A DNA stretch of 64,000 bases from Octopus bimaculoides (taxonomy: Eukaryota): assembly GCF_001194135.2 (NCBI RefSeq), contig NC_068984.1:8413162-8477161 (forward strand), written 5' to 3'. A program made the translations under genes and the position numbers. The notes under the pieces are model-generated. The model was not told where the DNA came from, did no database searches, and saw nothing but the letters and a program-made list of their open reading frames with translations. Of the stretch, positions 12,711-25,806 are shown piece after piece. Position 1 is the first letter of the stretch. Each line of letters starts with the position of its first letter.

Positions 12711-13009
12711 TAAACACATCTTTTAATATCCTTGTTTTGTTTTGTTTTTCATTTTGAAAAGAAAAACTTGTTTTAAATATCGGCGTTGTTTGGTCTGGCT
12801 AAATCAAAATGTTTTTTTGGATTCTTCCTTCCCACTTAGAGTCTTTAAATGTAGTTACAAAAATATGTCCTACTGAAATGAAATTTCAGTAAATTTTTTG
12901 TATCTTTGTGCAGCTGAAGATTGCTCCGCATTTTACATTTAATGTAATGCTCACATTGCTTAAATAAATGGAATCGCATGAAATGATCGTACTGCATTAA
13001 CCTTCAATA

Positions 13010-13025
13010 TCCTTGTAGCTTATTT

Positions 13026-13098
<73 letters not shown>

Positions 13099-13215
13099 TT
13101 TGTGTCTATGGTTGCCCATCCACCATCGCTTGACAACGGATGTCGGTGTGTTTACGTCCCACTAACTTACCGGTTCGACAAAAGAGGCCGATAGAATAAG
13201 TACCAGGCTTGCAAA
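13010..13215 (+). mobile_element. (AT)n(TG)n microsatellite followed by SINE B 3' half
   Basis: ACCATCGCTTGACAACGGATGTCGGTGTGTTTACGTCCC..GATAGAATAAGTACCAGGCTT. Confidence 0.8.
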
Positions 13216-13446
13216 GATGCCAAACCAGATGCCAAACTGTTCCATCATAGATTCTTCATAGCATCCCAGGAAGAATTAAGGATTTTGTTTTGTATTGCGA
13301 ATCTTTACTTTAATCAAACATTGAGTTCAAACGTTTGTAGATTCTCTACACTCACACAACATATTTAGAAATGAAATGTAATGCATCCGACAAATTTCTG
13401 TGAAGTTTCCCTCATTAAGTAATTTCGTATTTGTATGTATTTATTT

Positions 13447-13690
13447 ATGTGGCTGGATGTTAAGCAGTTTGCTTCGCAATTAAATGGTTCCGTATTCTTT
13501 CATACATCGTGGCACCTTGGGCTAGCGGTTCTACAAGAAAGAGAGAGAGAGAGACAGAGACAGAGAGACACAGAGAGAGACAGACAGACAGACACACACG
13601 CACACACACACAGACACACAGAGCCGACACACAGCTCCGAGCCGACCAAATACTGCAAATGGATTTTGTACACGGAAACTGAAAGAAAAG
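13447..13690 (+). mobile_element. SINE B 5' half interrupted by (AG)n/(AC)n microsatellite
   Basis: Head GTGGCTGGATG..GGCACCTTGGG at 13447-13534 resumes as CCGAGCCGACCAAA..CGGAAACTGAAAG at about 13636-13690. Confidence 0.55.
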
Positions 13691-13943
13691 AAACTCATCG
13701 CATAATCAAATTCTTGGATATATGAAGAACTATGGAAACATGTGTTGTGTTTAAAAAAATAACTGTCAAGCTGTACTCCTTGTTGACTCTATCTCATTCA
13801 ACTATATATATATATGCGAGTGTGTGTGTTGTGTTTCTGTGAGAGAGAGATAGTGTGTGTGTGTGTGTCTGTGTGTGTGTGCGTGTGTGTCTGTCTGTCT
13901 GTCTCTCTCTGTGTCTCTCTGTCTCTGTCTCTCTCTCTCTCTT

Positions 13944-13974
<31 letters not shown>

Positions 13975-14689
13975 NNNNNNNNNNNNNNNNNNNNNNNNNN
14001 NNNNNNNNNNNNNNNNNNNNNNNNNNNNNNNNNNNNNNNNNNNNNNNNNNNNNNNNNNNNNNNNNNNNNNNNNNNNNNNNNNNNNNNNNNNNNNNNNNNN
14101 NNNNNNNNNNNNNNNNNNNNNNNNNNNNNNNNNNNNNNNNNNNNNNNNNNNNNNNNNNNNNNNNNNNNNNNNNNNNNNNNNNNNNNNNNNNNNNNNNNNN
14201 NNNNNNNNNNNNNNNNNNNNNNNNNNNNNNNNNNNNNNNNNNNNNNNNNNNNNNNNNNNNNNNNNNNNNNNNNNNNNNNNNNNNNNNNNNNNNNNNNNNN
14301 NNNNNNNNNNNNNNNNNNNNNNNNNNNNNNNNNNNNNNNNNNNNNNNNNNNNNNNNNTTATATAAACAGCAAAGAATGTTGAAAAATGTTAACTAGAATA
14401 AATTTATTAAAAGATAAAAACATATTTTAATTTTGCTTGTTTTTTTTAAATTGATAATATCTGAAAAATATCGATTACATAAATAAACTAAATTATGAAA
14501 ATTTCTCCAATATTCTCGATGATTGATACGTGAAAATCTACATATTTTTCAAGAAAGAGTTTGTTCCATTCGAGATATACTGATGCTGTTAGACCACAGT
14601 GTACTCAGGATGGGATCGTCTTTGTCCACACTTTTCTACAGAATAATAAAGCTACATGGAATCATTCCTGGGTCCATTCATTATCTTTT

Positions 14690-14894
14690 TCTGTTAGTTG
14701 TATCAGTCATTGGACTGCAGCCTTGGTAGGGAACCGCCTTGAAGAAGTTTAATCGAACGAATCGATATCAATACTTATCTTTTAAGCCTGGTACTTGATT
14801 TATTGGTCACTTTTGTAGAACCGCTGTTACAGGGAGATAAACACCGGTTGTCAAGCGGTGTTGGCACAAATACATACATGAAGGCAAACACGCG

Positions 14895-14954
<60 letters not shown>

Positions 14955-15085
14955 ATATATATATATATATATATATCTGCCTCACACACACACACATATA
15001 CACATACACACACACATACAAACACATGCACACGCATATAGAGGACTGGCTTCTTTTTCGTTTTCCGTCTCTCAAATACCCTTGA
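14690..15085 (-). mobile_element. SINE B (3' half, (CT)n(AT)n(CA)n insert, stub of 5' half)
   Basis: Matches the family consensus. Confidence 0.75.
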
Positions 15086-15741
15086 TGTCAGAAGCGATCT
15101 CTCAAACACTGATCAATATATTTGTCTATTATAAAAATTCAGATAAATTAGTAGATGCGTCATACGTGACTGATAGTAAATATTCATTGTATTTGTATTC
15201 ATACATTGAGACATACTCTCCAAAACAAAAATATGAAAGTAAGTTACAGTTGTTTAAACCATGTATCACTTCAAGTATGTAATGATAAAGGCAAACAAAT
15301 CACAGCTAACGCATCCACCATCTTGCAATCACTGATCACGACCGCCATTGGCGATAATGGCACGTTTCTCGTAGGATGACAAGTAATGACATCTGCCGGT
15401 AGTAAAAAATAATAAGCTTGTAGGACTTATTAAAACCAGACACAAATAAATTTATCCTGTAGAACTAGACATAGATATAATTTGTTCCTCCTTTCTCCTT
15501 TACAATTCGTCTCCAAACTAAAGGATAAACGGAATCGGTAACTTTTATATCAGGGTGAAATTTTGGGGAAGTATAATACTTCAATAGGTTAAAAGTAGAT
15601 TCCTGAGCAGGGAATCCAGCTCAAATTATTTGAAAGTGTAGATTAGACGACTGGCTATCACTACCAACACAGATGCTTAGCTGTTGACACTTGGTTAAGT
15701 CTTTAACATTCAGATGGCTCTGACAAATTTGATGCTTATCT

Positions 15742-16114
15742 ATCTTTTAGTTGTTTCAATCATTAGACTACGGCCATGCCGGAGCACTGCCTTGAAGAAT
15801 GTTTAGTCGGATGAATCGAGCCCAGTACTTTTTTATATTAAGCTTGGTACTTATGTTATAGATTTCTTTGCTAAGTTACGGGGACGTAAACACTCCAACG
15901 CAGTGGTGGAGAAGAAACACGGATACAAAGACACAATTACACACACATATATTCGACGGACGTCTTTCAGTTTCTGCCTACCAAATCGTCTCGGAAGGTT
16001 TTGGTCGGCTCAATTTTGGTAGCAGTAACTTGCGCCAGGTGCCACGCAGTGCAACTGAACCTGTAATCATGTGGTTGGAAAGCAAGTTTCTTACCATACA
16101 GCTATGCCTGCTTC
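15742..16114 (-). mobile_element. SINE B full-length, short internal microsatellite
   Basis: Matches the family consensus end to end. Confidence 0.85.
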
Positions 16115-16173
16115 TATTTATTCATTGTCTAGAATTAATCGTGCCTTATATTGCAGCGTCGATCTGACAGAAA

Positions 16174-16297
16174 AGGCGGCGAGTTGGCACAAACGTTACC
16201 ACGCCGGGTGAAATGCTTAGGGGTATTTCGTCTGAATTCATATTCCACCGAGGTCGACTTTGCCTTTCATCCTTTTAGAGTCGATAAAAAAGAGTAC
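16174..16297 (+). mobile_element. SINE A, 3'-truncated
   Basis: GGCGAGTTGGCACAAACGTTACCACGCCGGG..GAGGTCGACTTTGCCTTTCATCCTTT. Confidence 0.8.
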
Positions 16298-16373
16298 GGC
16301 TCACCATAGCACTTACTTAGCGTTACCTGGTATGCTTTGGGTTTTCTAGAATCAATACCTCTCATATATATAT

Positions 16374-16975
16374 AGGCGCAGGAGTGGCTGTACGGTGCCT
16401 TCTTTGCTTAGTAACCACATGGTTCCGTGTTCAGTCCCACTGCGTGGTAACTTGGGCAAGTGTCTCGGGCCGACCAAAGCCTTGTGAGTGGATTTGGTAG
16501 AGGGAAACTGAAAGAAACCTGTTGTATATANNNNNNNNNNNNNNNNNNNNNNNNNNNNNNNNNNNNNNNNNNNNNNNNNNNNNNNNNNNNNNNNNNNNNN
16601 NNNNNNNNNNNNNNNNNNNNNNNNNNNNNNNNNNNNNNNNNNNNNNNNNNNNNNNNNNNNNNNNNNNNNNNNNNNNNNNNNNNNNNNNNNNNNNNNNNNN
16701 NNNNNNNNNNNNNNNNNNNNNNNNNNNNNNNNNNNNNNNNNNNNNNNNNNNNNNNNNNNNNNNNNNNNNNNNNNNNNNNNNNNNNNNNNNNNNNNNNNNN
16801 NNNNNNNNNNNNNNNNNNNNNNNNNNNNNNNNNNNNNNNNNNNNNNNNNNNNNNNNNNNNNNNNNNNNNNNNNNNNNNNNNNNNNNNNNNNNNNNNNNNN
16901 NNNNNNNNNNNNNNNNNNNNNNNNNNNNNNNNNNNNNNNNNNNNNNNNNNNNNNNNNNNNNNNNNNNNNNNNNNN

Positions 16976-17017
<42 letters not shown>

Positions 17018-17045
17018 ATTCCTGTATGTATATTTGTGTGCGTGT

Positions 17046-17084
<39 letters not shown>

Positions 17085-17120
17085 TGTGTGTGTGTGTGTA
17101 CCATGGTTGCTTTGACAACC
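16374..17120 (+). mobile_element. SINE B 5' half with microsatellite expanded across a gap
   Basis: AGGCGCAGGAGTGGCTGT head. (AT)n(TG)n after the gap, then a TTGCTTTGACAACC stub of the 3' half. Confidence 0.75.
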
Positions 17121-17696
17121 TCACCACAGACCAGCTGATAAAATGTAAAACCATGTTTCCACTATGTTCCCATGTTTCCTTATGCTAATCAGCTGCATTA
17201 CAATTGCCTATGAACTCTTCTCTCTTCCATCTACACTTGGCTTACAGTTGGTAAAGCTACACACTCGCATAGTCCAGTAGAGAAAATATGGAAAACAACA
17301 AGCCGTAGTTCCTGTTGCTGTATTAACTGCGCCACGACTGTCGTTGCAATCTTGTCTCCATCTCATAGTGGAATGAAAGAAAGAAGGACAGGTCCACAGT
17401 AACATCATTGCCCAACTTTAAAAACGTCAGAACAAATGATGACAATACTTCACGACTACTATATTGCATCATGCATTAAAAATGAATGCAACCGAGATGA
17501 ATGGAAAACTGATGGCTCGAAAGAGAAGATTCAACATCGTGAAACTGGAAAGAAATGTGCAGTGATCCGAAAAATATCAATTACATGGTTCTCTGAAATT
17601 AGACAGGTTGATGAAAATGTGTATGTGTATGTTATTTTTGTTTGTGTGTTTGTGTGTTTGTATGTCTGTGAGCATGTATTTGTGTGTATGTGTGCT

Positions 17697-17738
<42 letters not shown>

Positions 17739-17944
17739 GGTATCTCATTAGTTTATCAAGATCCATTTTCTAAAATAAAAGTGTGTCCAGCATAATAGGG
17801 GAGGACACCCCATTATTAGGCAGGATTGATTCTGACAAAACTAATCTTTTTTTCTCTTAGAATTTTCAAGTTTGCAAATTTTATGGGCGTGTAATACCAG
17901 TACAGGGGCTGGAATGCATTCGTGGTATTTTTGGTCTACACATT

Positions 17945-18115
17945 TCCTTTCGCAATTATTGGATTACGGCCAAGCTGGGACGCTGCCCTCAACAAATCGA
18001 CTCCATTACTTATTGTTTAAGTCTAGCACTTATTTTGCCTTTATCCTTTACCAACTCGCTAAGATTCGTGTAAGTAAAAAAAAAAAACAACCCCGGTTCT
18101 CTAGTGGTTGCGGTC
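17945..18115 (-). mobile_element. Diverged SINE B 3' fragment
   Basis: GATTACGGCCAAGCTGGGACGCTGCC..AAATCGAC..AAGTCTAGCACTTATT. Confidence 0.55.
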
Positions 18116-18268
18116 ACACACACACACACACGCTGTTACACAGTATCACGTAAGCGTTCGTTAGACTGTTGCGATTGAAAGGGAGGCTACAATTTTTTAT
18201 AAACTGTAAGAAAATATGCTATAATACTTTATGGGTACAATTTATAAAATTTCATTATTCTCTTTAAT

Positions 18269-18317
18269 CACAACTGTCTGATGAAGGGTCATGTGATTCG
18301 CTCAGTAACAGCTTGTG
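18269..18317 (+). ncRNA. Broken type-I minimal hammerhead ribozyme relic (Penelope pLTR)
   Basis: Stem I CACAACTGT/ACAGCTTGTG (1 bulge), intact CTGATGA and GTA cleavage triplet, GAAA missing. Confidence 0.5.
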
Positions 18318-18752
18318 AACTTTTCTTTCGACTTTAATAAAACAGTATTTTTCTTTGTCTTGGTCATTCACGTGTTGTTTTCTCCACCTTGTTTTCCACC
18401 TATGTGCTAACTTGCGTGTGTGTAAAATAACTCACAAAACATTGTAAAACGCACTTCTCCTAGGTACCGTACATTGTGACTGAATCTGAGATCATATGGT
18501 TGCAAGGTGTGTTTCTTAACCACAAAGCCGCGCCCGTGAATAGATTTCTCGTGTATTGTTTTTTTGAAGAAGAAAAAGCTCAATTTTCTAATGTTCTCCT
18601 ACGATATTCATTAGTTTGCTTATACGCTTAGCAAATATAAATTCTATTTTGAAATATATATGTAAGAAAGTGTGAGTGTGTGTGTGGGGGGGGTGTATAG
18701 GCGCAGGAGAAGCCCGTTGTATATATATGTATATATATATATATATATACAT

Positions 18753-18838
18753 ATATATAAGGATATATATACATATATAAGGATATAATCATACATATAT
18801 ATAAGGATATATATATATATATAAGGATATAATCATAA
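18753..18838. repeat. AT-rich minisatellite (ATATATAAGGATAT(AATC)ATAC-like unit x4)
   Basis: TATAAGGATAT occurs four times. Confidence 0.8.
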
Positions 18839-18910
18839 AATGATTATATCAGTGGCCTAGCATTTAAAAATGACCGTATAGGCAATATTAATGTTTTCAC
18901 GTATATAATT

Positions 18911-19140
18911 ACTAGCTGTTTTTCCCGGTTTCACTCGGGCAGTGTGGTGGATTTGGTTAAAGGCTATTTCCTATGTATATTTTGAATAATAAAACGAACT
19001 AAAAATAAAAAAAAATAAAAATTCCCAAGACAAAAAAAAAAGTAGGAACAACCCAAAAACAATACGATGCTAAGGATTTTGCGGGTCGATATTGTAAAAC
19101 TAACTTCACGTGTGTACCCATAGCCCCATGTAGTCACGGG
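18911..19140 (+). mobile_element. Possible Helitron/Helentron-type non-autonomous element end (extent uncertain)
   Basis: ACTAGCTGTTTTTCCCGGTTTCACTCGGGC: ACTAG followed by a CCCG/CGGG hairpin, resembling Lep1-type Helitron termini. Confidence 0.35.
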
Positions 19141-19534
19141 ACCTTATTTGTAGTATAACCTCGCCTTAAAAGAAAAATATATGGTCGTGCGGTTGTTGCA
19201 TTGGCGACACAAGAATGTTAATCGAAACTGTTCAAGATCAATCATAGGTTGGACGTTCATGTACACTGATTAGAATTGTGAATTTCAATTATTCAAAACG
19301 TGTTCCCGGATGGATACAATTGTGCAGAGTCCGTTTGTCTCAATATGGAAAAGCTGTTTGAATGTCGACGTTTGAAGACATTTCTGACTGAAATTTAAAA
19401 AAACATAGTAATTAGAAAGAGCGTAAGCTATAGCTTATTTTCTTTAATGCACAAAAAATTGAAATTATTTTTTTTTCTGTGCCTCTAATTAAAATTTCCA
19501 AAAACAAACCCAGCCACATTACTTGGAAAAAAAT

Positions 19535-19644
19535 AAGAATAAGTCCTGGGGTGTATTTGCTCGACTAAAGGCGGTGCTCCAGCATGGCCGCAGTCTAATG
19601 AGTGAAACAAGTAAAAGACTGAAAGAATAATACACACACACACA

Positions 19645-19707
<63 letters not shown>

Positions 19708-19872
19708 TCATGTATGCGACGGACGTCTTTCATTTGCCGTCTTCTTACAAGTCCACTCATAAGACTTTACTACCCCCAAGGCGATTAAAGAGGATGTGAC
19801 GCAGTGGAACCAAACCCAGAACCATGTGGTTGGGAAGCAAAGATTTCAGAACACATGCACGCCTGCGCCTAT
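19535..19872. mobile_element. SINE B pieces in opposite orientation around (CA)n
   Basis: 19535-19630 is the 3' tail on +. 19710-19872 is the 5' half on -. Confidence 0.75.
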
Positions 19873-21049
19873 GCCACTCGATGCTTTGATCTCACCCTCA
19901 GTCTTTAACCATTTTTTCTTTATGCAGTTACTTCGATTCAATATCCTGGCATGGGACGTGGATCTTCAATGTTGAGGACGATGACGGCTACAGAGATTAC
20001 AAGTGTTTTATCTTATTTTTCTTTCGGACAGCTATGAGACCCGATATCAGATAATTATTTTACAAAAAGGGATTTTATTCTACACCCTGAATATTCCAAA
20101 ACTTATGCATATATATACACAATGAACTTATCGCTGTCATTTTACAATTCATTCTCAAATCAACATTTCTCACAAATTCGGTATTTTGTGATTATATCGA
20201 ATTTATTTCAGGATTTTTCAATATTTTGAAATACAACTTTTGTGTTTAGCTAAGCAAAAGGTTTTAATTTTAGACTCACTACTGTTGATATTACGTAAAA
20301 TATCTCCAACTATGTTGAAAACTCGTGCTCAATAGATCATCCATTGAGAATGTTCTTCGCTGATATATTATTCTATTGCTCTGGGGCTAATGGAAATTTC
20401 CTGAATAGATATGTAGCATCTAGTTTATTCTTTCCTTGTAAGATATAACACTTTTAGATATTTCGGAACATCTGGGAGAGTTTTACCAATATTCTTATTC
20501 CTTGCATTTCAGAAAATGTTCTTGAAGCCATTAAACTTGAGAACTTGCTGTTCATATTTTGAATGTGGATTGTTTTTGTTATTCTTCAATTTCAGTGAGT
20601 TTGTTGTTGATATTCATCTTTGAGTTGGAATTAAAATGGGTCCAAAATGTATTCGTATATAATGTATTTATGTACCAATATTTGTATTGCGTCGTTAGAA
20701 TAAAATAAACATCTTACATAACTTTTCTAAGTGAGAAATTCTTTCAAAGACATCGATTGAATAATGGACGAATTCTCATCTTTCTAAAACTCGACGATTT
20801 CACGACTGTTTTATTGATTATTTTAAAGGAATATTTGGTTTCTTTTGATGCCTTTTCTTCGAATGGACCCTTATATTTTTGATTTTATATATTAGATGAT
20901 TCCATTCAACGCACACACTTTCTCCATTGAGTGTGACGCTGTTTCGTTAATCGTATGGGTGTAAGTTGTCAGGAAGTTGACTTTTTTTCTTTTTTTTTAT
21001 TGTAACATGGCAAAACGCTGAAATTATCAACTCCACATATAGACTCTGG

Positions 21050-21850
21050 TATGGCACTGGTATAGCAGTGTGGTTACGCAGCTCGGTTTGAAACCTTGTG
21101 GACTCGGTTTCGGTCCCATTTTACGATACATTAAGCAAGTGTTTTTGCTACTATAGGCAAAGTCCAGATAATGCCATGTCAGTGAGTTCATAGTTAAATT
21201 AATTTGGCGTGAACAATGTTTAGATATTTGTGTCTTGTTTTGGAAGGTTCTGTGGAATATGTACGTTTGACTGTATGTATATANNNNNNNNNNNNNNNNN
21301 NNNNNNNNNNNNNNNNNNNNNNNNNNNNNNNNNNNNNNNNNNNNNNNNNNNNNNNNNNNNNNNNNNNNNNNNNNNNNNNNNNNNNNNNNNNNNNNNNNNN
21401 NNNNNNNNNNNNNNNNNNNNNNNNNNNNNNNNNNNNNNNNNNNNNNNNNNNNNNNNNNNNNNNNNNNNNNNNNNNNNNNNNNNNNNNNNNNNNNNNNNNN
21501 NNNNNNNNNNNNNNNNNNNNNNNNNNNNNNNNNNNNNNNNNNNNNNNNNNNNNNNNNNNNNNNNNNNNNNNNNNNNNNNNNNNNNNNNNNNNNNNNNNTA
21601 TATACATATATGTATATATATATATATATGTGTGTGTGTATGTATATGTATATGCGTGTGTTTGTCTTTCCCACCCTATCATCACTTGACAGCATATGTT
21701 CCTTGGTTTACGTCCTGGTAACCTAGCTGTTCTTCATAAGAGTCCGATAGAAATAATGCCACATATAAAAAAGATAAACATTAATACTGAGGTAGAATTG
21801 TTTGACAACAACCCTTCAATGACTGTAACAAGTATAATAGTATAAAGGAC
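21050..21850 (+). mobile_element. Old SINE B-related copy with longer middle, spanning a gap
   Basis: tRNA-like head GCAGTGTGGTTACGCAGCTCGG..GGTTTCGGTCCC. The 3' half CATCACTTGACAGC..GTTTACGTCC..CCGATAGAAATAA follows the gap. Confidence 0.5.
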
Positions 21851-22019
21851 AAGATAAATGGTAGAAAATATAGTTACAGCAAAAATGTTATCTTCATAAG
21901 GGAATAGTGTTTGAGATTGTTTTAAGTCTTAACCGTATAAACCGTATCTCCGGAAAGGATTATTGTAAAGGAAACTTGTAGTATAGTTTACCAATACAAA
22001 TTTGCGAAAAAATAGCTAT

Positions 22020-22183
22020 AGAGTTGCTTGATACGTGAGGAATATTCTTCTCATTTCTATGTTGAGAAGTAGGGATGTAATCCACACAAGACCAGATTCA
22101 TTTCGATGTATGATACATGTCCCTGTGTTGGTAATTATAGCTGTCTTAAACAAAATGGCATTACATTTTGACTCACCCGCGTA
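22020..22183 (+). mobile_element. Mariner-like right terminus relic
   Basis: Ends CATTACATTTTGACTCACCCGCG-TA, the reverse complement of a TA-CGCGGGTGAGTCAAAATG mariner-type TIR. Confidence 0.4.
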
Positions 22184-22199
22184 CATAACTCAAGTAAGT

Positions 22200-22619
22200 G
22201 GTCTGCGAGGTACGTCTAGTTCATTGCAAATCCTCTTATTTTTTTTATTTCCGAGTAATTTGAGTGAATGATTGAGTCACAAACATTTCACGTGGTCGGC
22301 CATTATTCTGTCCATTGCAAATGGACCCTGTCAGCTCATGAATTCTTTAAACTATTAATATTGATGCAGCTGGTCTTTTAAATATTTCAGTTAATTTATG
22401 TCTAACTATTTCCCCATTTTCTATTTTCCAGTACTGTTCAATGATCCATTTTACTTCACCGTAGGTCAAACTTCCAGTCATATAATACATATCTGAAATC
22501 AGGAACAATTTATTTGTTATAGAAAGAAATAGTTTAAAATAACATGGAATCATAAAAGCTTTATCCTAAAGAAGAAATAGAAACACGAAAGGGCCATTTT
22601 AAGCATATTCGTCAACTGT
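22200..22619 (-). mobile_element. Tc1/mariner-superfamily transposase N-terminal relic (DUF4817-like HTH)
   Basis: From 22481 minus: MTGSLTYGEVKWIIEQYWKIENGEIVRHKLTEIFKRPAASILIV*RIHELTGSI, then EMFVTQSFTQ. Resembles the LTxEExxWIxxxYWKxEN..V N-terminus of rosa/maT-type transposases. TA-CAGTTG end at 22619. Confidence 0.6.
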
Positions 22620-23721
22620 ATACCTACAATTACCCATATCTGCACATGCATATTTTATATCAACTCCTATACTGCACCATTTGTTAAATCCGTGTTCGTA
22701 TGCACCCTCTAAATTAAACACAGTATACCGAACAATTTTAGAACTGACGATCACTTACGTTATATGTTCAGACCACATGGGGGATCGCTTTACTTTCATT
22801 CCTCAATAATACATAATCAGACTGAAATGGTTTTAATTGACAATATCTCTCACCTCTATATATGTGATCTGCTGATGATAATAATCTAAGAAACCATGAC
22901 GATTAACAAAATCTTTATATAAATATGAATGAGGGCAGGATTGCTGCATTCTAATTTCTTGCTAACCGAATTAATTCCTGCATATATTTTCTTAATTTAT
23001 AAGCCAGTGTTCTCATGTTTTTGCTTGTTTTTTGTTTTGTTTTTTAGTAATATTAAAAAGGAATTTCATTATTTATATGAAATATGCGCAAAAAGATAAA
23101 AATCTACAGCAAGTAGTCAAGTGAAGTATGCCACATGAATATGATTTGAATGTATAATTGTATTTTTGTAGCTCACAGACTTTTATTTTCAATTGCGGCC
23201 TTTTGTTTCTCGTTTCTCACACGTTATTTCCTTCACACTTATAACTCGTGCAATATGCCAAGTACTTTAAACATTCTGAACGTTGAGAAGAAAAAGAAGT
23301 CATCACATGACTAAATAAGAAATGCAACAAGTAATAAACGTGAGTAAAATCAATAATTCAGAAAAAATACCTGCACGTGCATTCATATGCCTGACTTCAA
23401 CATTATTTAGTTAGAAGTTCGAAGTATATGCAGTTCTATAATGCTGCTTTTATACACAAAATTTGTATTCAACTCGACTGGAATAGGAATTAAATATGAG
23501 TTTTTCTTATCGTACCTAGCAATGGTAATTCATATCTTTAGCTTTTTTTAATCATAGATATTTTTCATTCACTAAAGAAATCTTAGATTACGTTTTATTT
23601 ATTTAAAAAGTGTTTCAAATAATAAAAAATAAAAACATTAATTTCCAGCAAAGATTATATAAAACATACAGGTGTGTGTATGTGGGCGTATGCGCACGCA
23701 ATACCTAAATGATTGAATCAA

Positions 23722-23724
<3 letters not shown>

Positions 23725-23796
<72 letters not shown>
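23725..23796. repeat. (AT)n microsatellite
   Basis: Direct reading. Confidence 0.97.
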
Positions 23797-23797
<1 letters not shown>

Positions 23798-24176
23798 TGG
23801 AGTGAAAATGTGTGGGTATGTGCATGTATGTATATATATATAAATGTACAAAAGGAGCGAGAGAGAGAAATAGACTTTGGGACCTACTTATATATTTAAG
23901 AATGAAGGAATGTATTTAGTAAAAGATAAAAGAAGTTACCAGTTTCTTCCTGTTTAGTTGTTGTTTCAATCCAGTTTTGTCATTATCGGGCGTAGTTATG
24001 AAACTATATACATCGGCTAGAACCCTTAAGTATCATTAGATACGCCAAGACGTACATTACATAAAATATTCTGCCCCGCTTTTAAGACCCTGGGATGAGG
24101 TTTGAAGGATAGCTGATGGCTATTTCCATATGATCAAGCAACAGTAGGGAATCCCTTCATCCTTATACCTAAAACT

Positions 24177-24217
<41 letters not shown>

Positions 24218-25354
24218 ATACAAAGAATATATATACATGTATACACACATATATGTACATACTTACATCTACATGTGTATATACATGCATATCAGGGTAC
24301 AGGACGTTAGAACAATAAACTACAGACAACGGAACGAACACATAGGAANNNNNNNNNNNNNNNNNNNNNNNNNNNNNNNNNNNNNNNNNNNNNNNNNNNN
24401 NNNNNNNNNNNNNNNNNNNNNNNNNNNNNNNNNNNNNNNNNNNNNNNNNNNNNNNNNNNNNNNNNNNNNNNNNNNNNNNNNNNNNNNNNNNNNNNNNNNN
24501 NNNNNNNNNNNNNNNNNNNNNNNNNNNNNNNNNNNNNNNNNNNNNNNNNNNNNNNNNNNNNNNNNNNNNNNNNNNNNNNNNNNNNNNNNNNNNNNNNNNN
24601 NNNNNNNNNNNNNNNNNNNNNNNNNNNNNNNNNNNNNNNNNNNNNNNNNNNNNNNNNNNNNNNNNNNNNNNNNNNNNNNNNNNNNNNNNNNNNNNNNNNN
24701 NNNNNNNNNNNNNNNNNNNNNNNNNNNNNNNNNNNNNNNNNNNNNNNNNNNNNNNNNNNNNNNNNNNNNNNNNNNNNNNNNNNNNNNNNNNNNNNNNNNN
24801 NNNNNNNNNNNNNNNNNNNNNNNNNNNNNNNNNNNNNNNNNNNNNNNNNNNNNNNNNNNNNNNNNNNNNNNNNNNNNNNNNNNNNNNNNNNNATATATAT
24901 ATATATATATATACACACTTCCTTTGTCTATTTATATCTGTGTGTTAGCATATTTATATATGACTATGTATGTCTAGGTGTGTGTATGTGTGTGTTTGTG
25001 TATGTGCGTTTGTATATATGGATGTCTGTGAGTGTGTTGTGTGTTTAGCTTGAGGTTTGATCAGAGACATAACGTAGGTTATAGATATTGGCCCAACTAC
25101 CCTTCTGAATGGAAAGAAATTATAAGTTGCTCTTATTTTAATACAATTCTCATTAAATTATATTTATCTAGATATTCATCTATCCATTCAACTAATTATA
25201 TATCCATATGTATACATGAATATATATCCAAAATGTGGAATGGAGTAGGTAAAATCCAGGCTACATATGTTTCATAGCTAGTAGAACCTAGTAATTTCCG
25301 AAAAGATACTTGGAGTTTATCTACTACATTCCCTAATTTAGGATTTTTATGGGT

Positions 25355-25806
25355 GTACACGTTTTCAATCCAGGACCAGGAGATTTCTGCAAAATACTTG
25401 TTGAACAAGTAAGACAGTGACGCTCTTGTAATCCCAAGGTTCAACCGCATCTGTAGGCTATGTCTTGTTTCTGTGGAAGACATCACACATGTGATTGGCA
25501 GCTATCCTAAAATGTCGCCACGGTATGACCTCCCTATGCGGCACGATGTTGTTGCTAAAACAATTTACAATGCCATCCGCAAAAAATACTGTCGTAAAAT
25601 AAACATATACAATCCATCTGTTATGGAATACATTCATAAACACTCACTCAAGGAATACTTGTGAAATAGTCCCATCAGATCTTCTGTCAAATGTAAACAT
25701 AACAGGGTAGATATTGTTGCTTGGGACAGAGGGGCAAATGTATGTACTATCATAGAGGTCAGCTACCCTGCAGATATAAATATCTCTTTGAAAATGAAAG
25801 ATAAAA
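25355..25806 (+). mobile_element. Non-LTR retrotransposon fragment: zinc knuckle plus REL endonuclease (R2/R4-like superfamily)
   Basis: One frame: SIQDQEISAKYLLNK*DSDALVIPRFNRICRLCLVSVEDITHVIGSYPKMSPRYDLPMRHDVVAKTIYNAIRKK..EYL*NSPIRSSVKCKHNRVDIVAWDRGANVCTIIEVSYPADINISLKMKDK. Contains CRLC..H, RHD and HNR(P)DIV..IIEVS motifs. Confidence 0.85.

Noticed and set aside
20250-20950. Possible L1/Tx1 ORF2 relic on the minus strand
   Set aside because: Only vague similarity that requires several frameshifts; no diagnostic motif could be confirmed by eye.
22141-22193. Apparent exon VLNKMALHFDSPAYITQ with a GTAAGT donor
   Set aside because: It coincides with a mariner-type TIR and abuts a transposase relic, so TE origin is more parsimonious.
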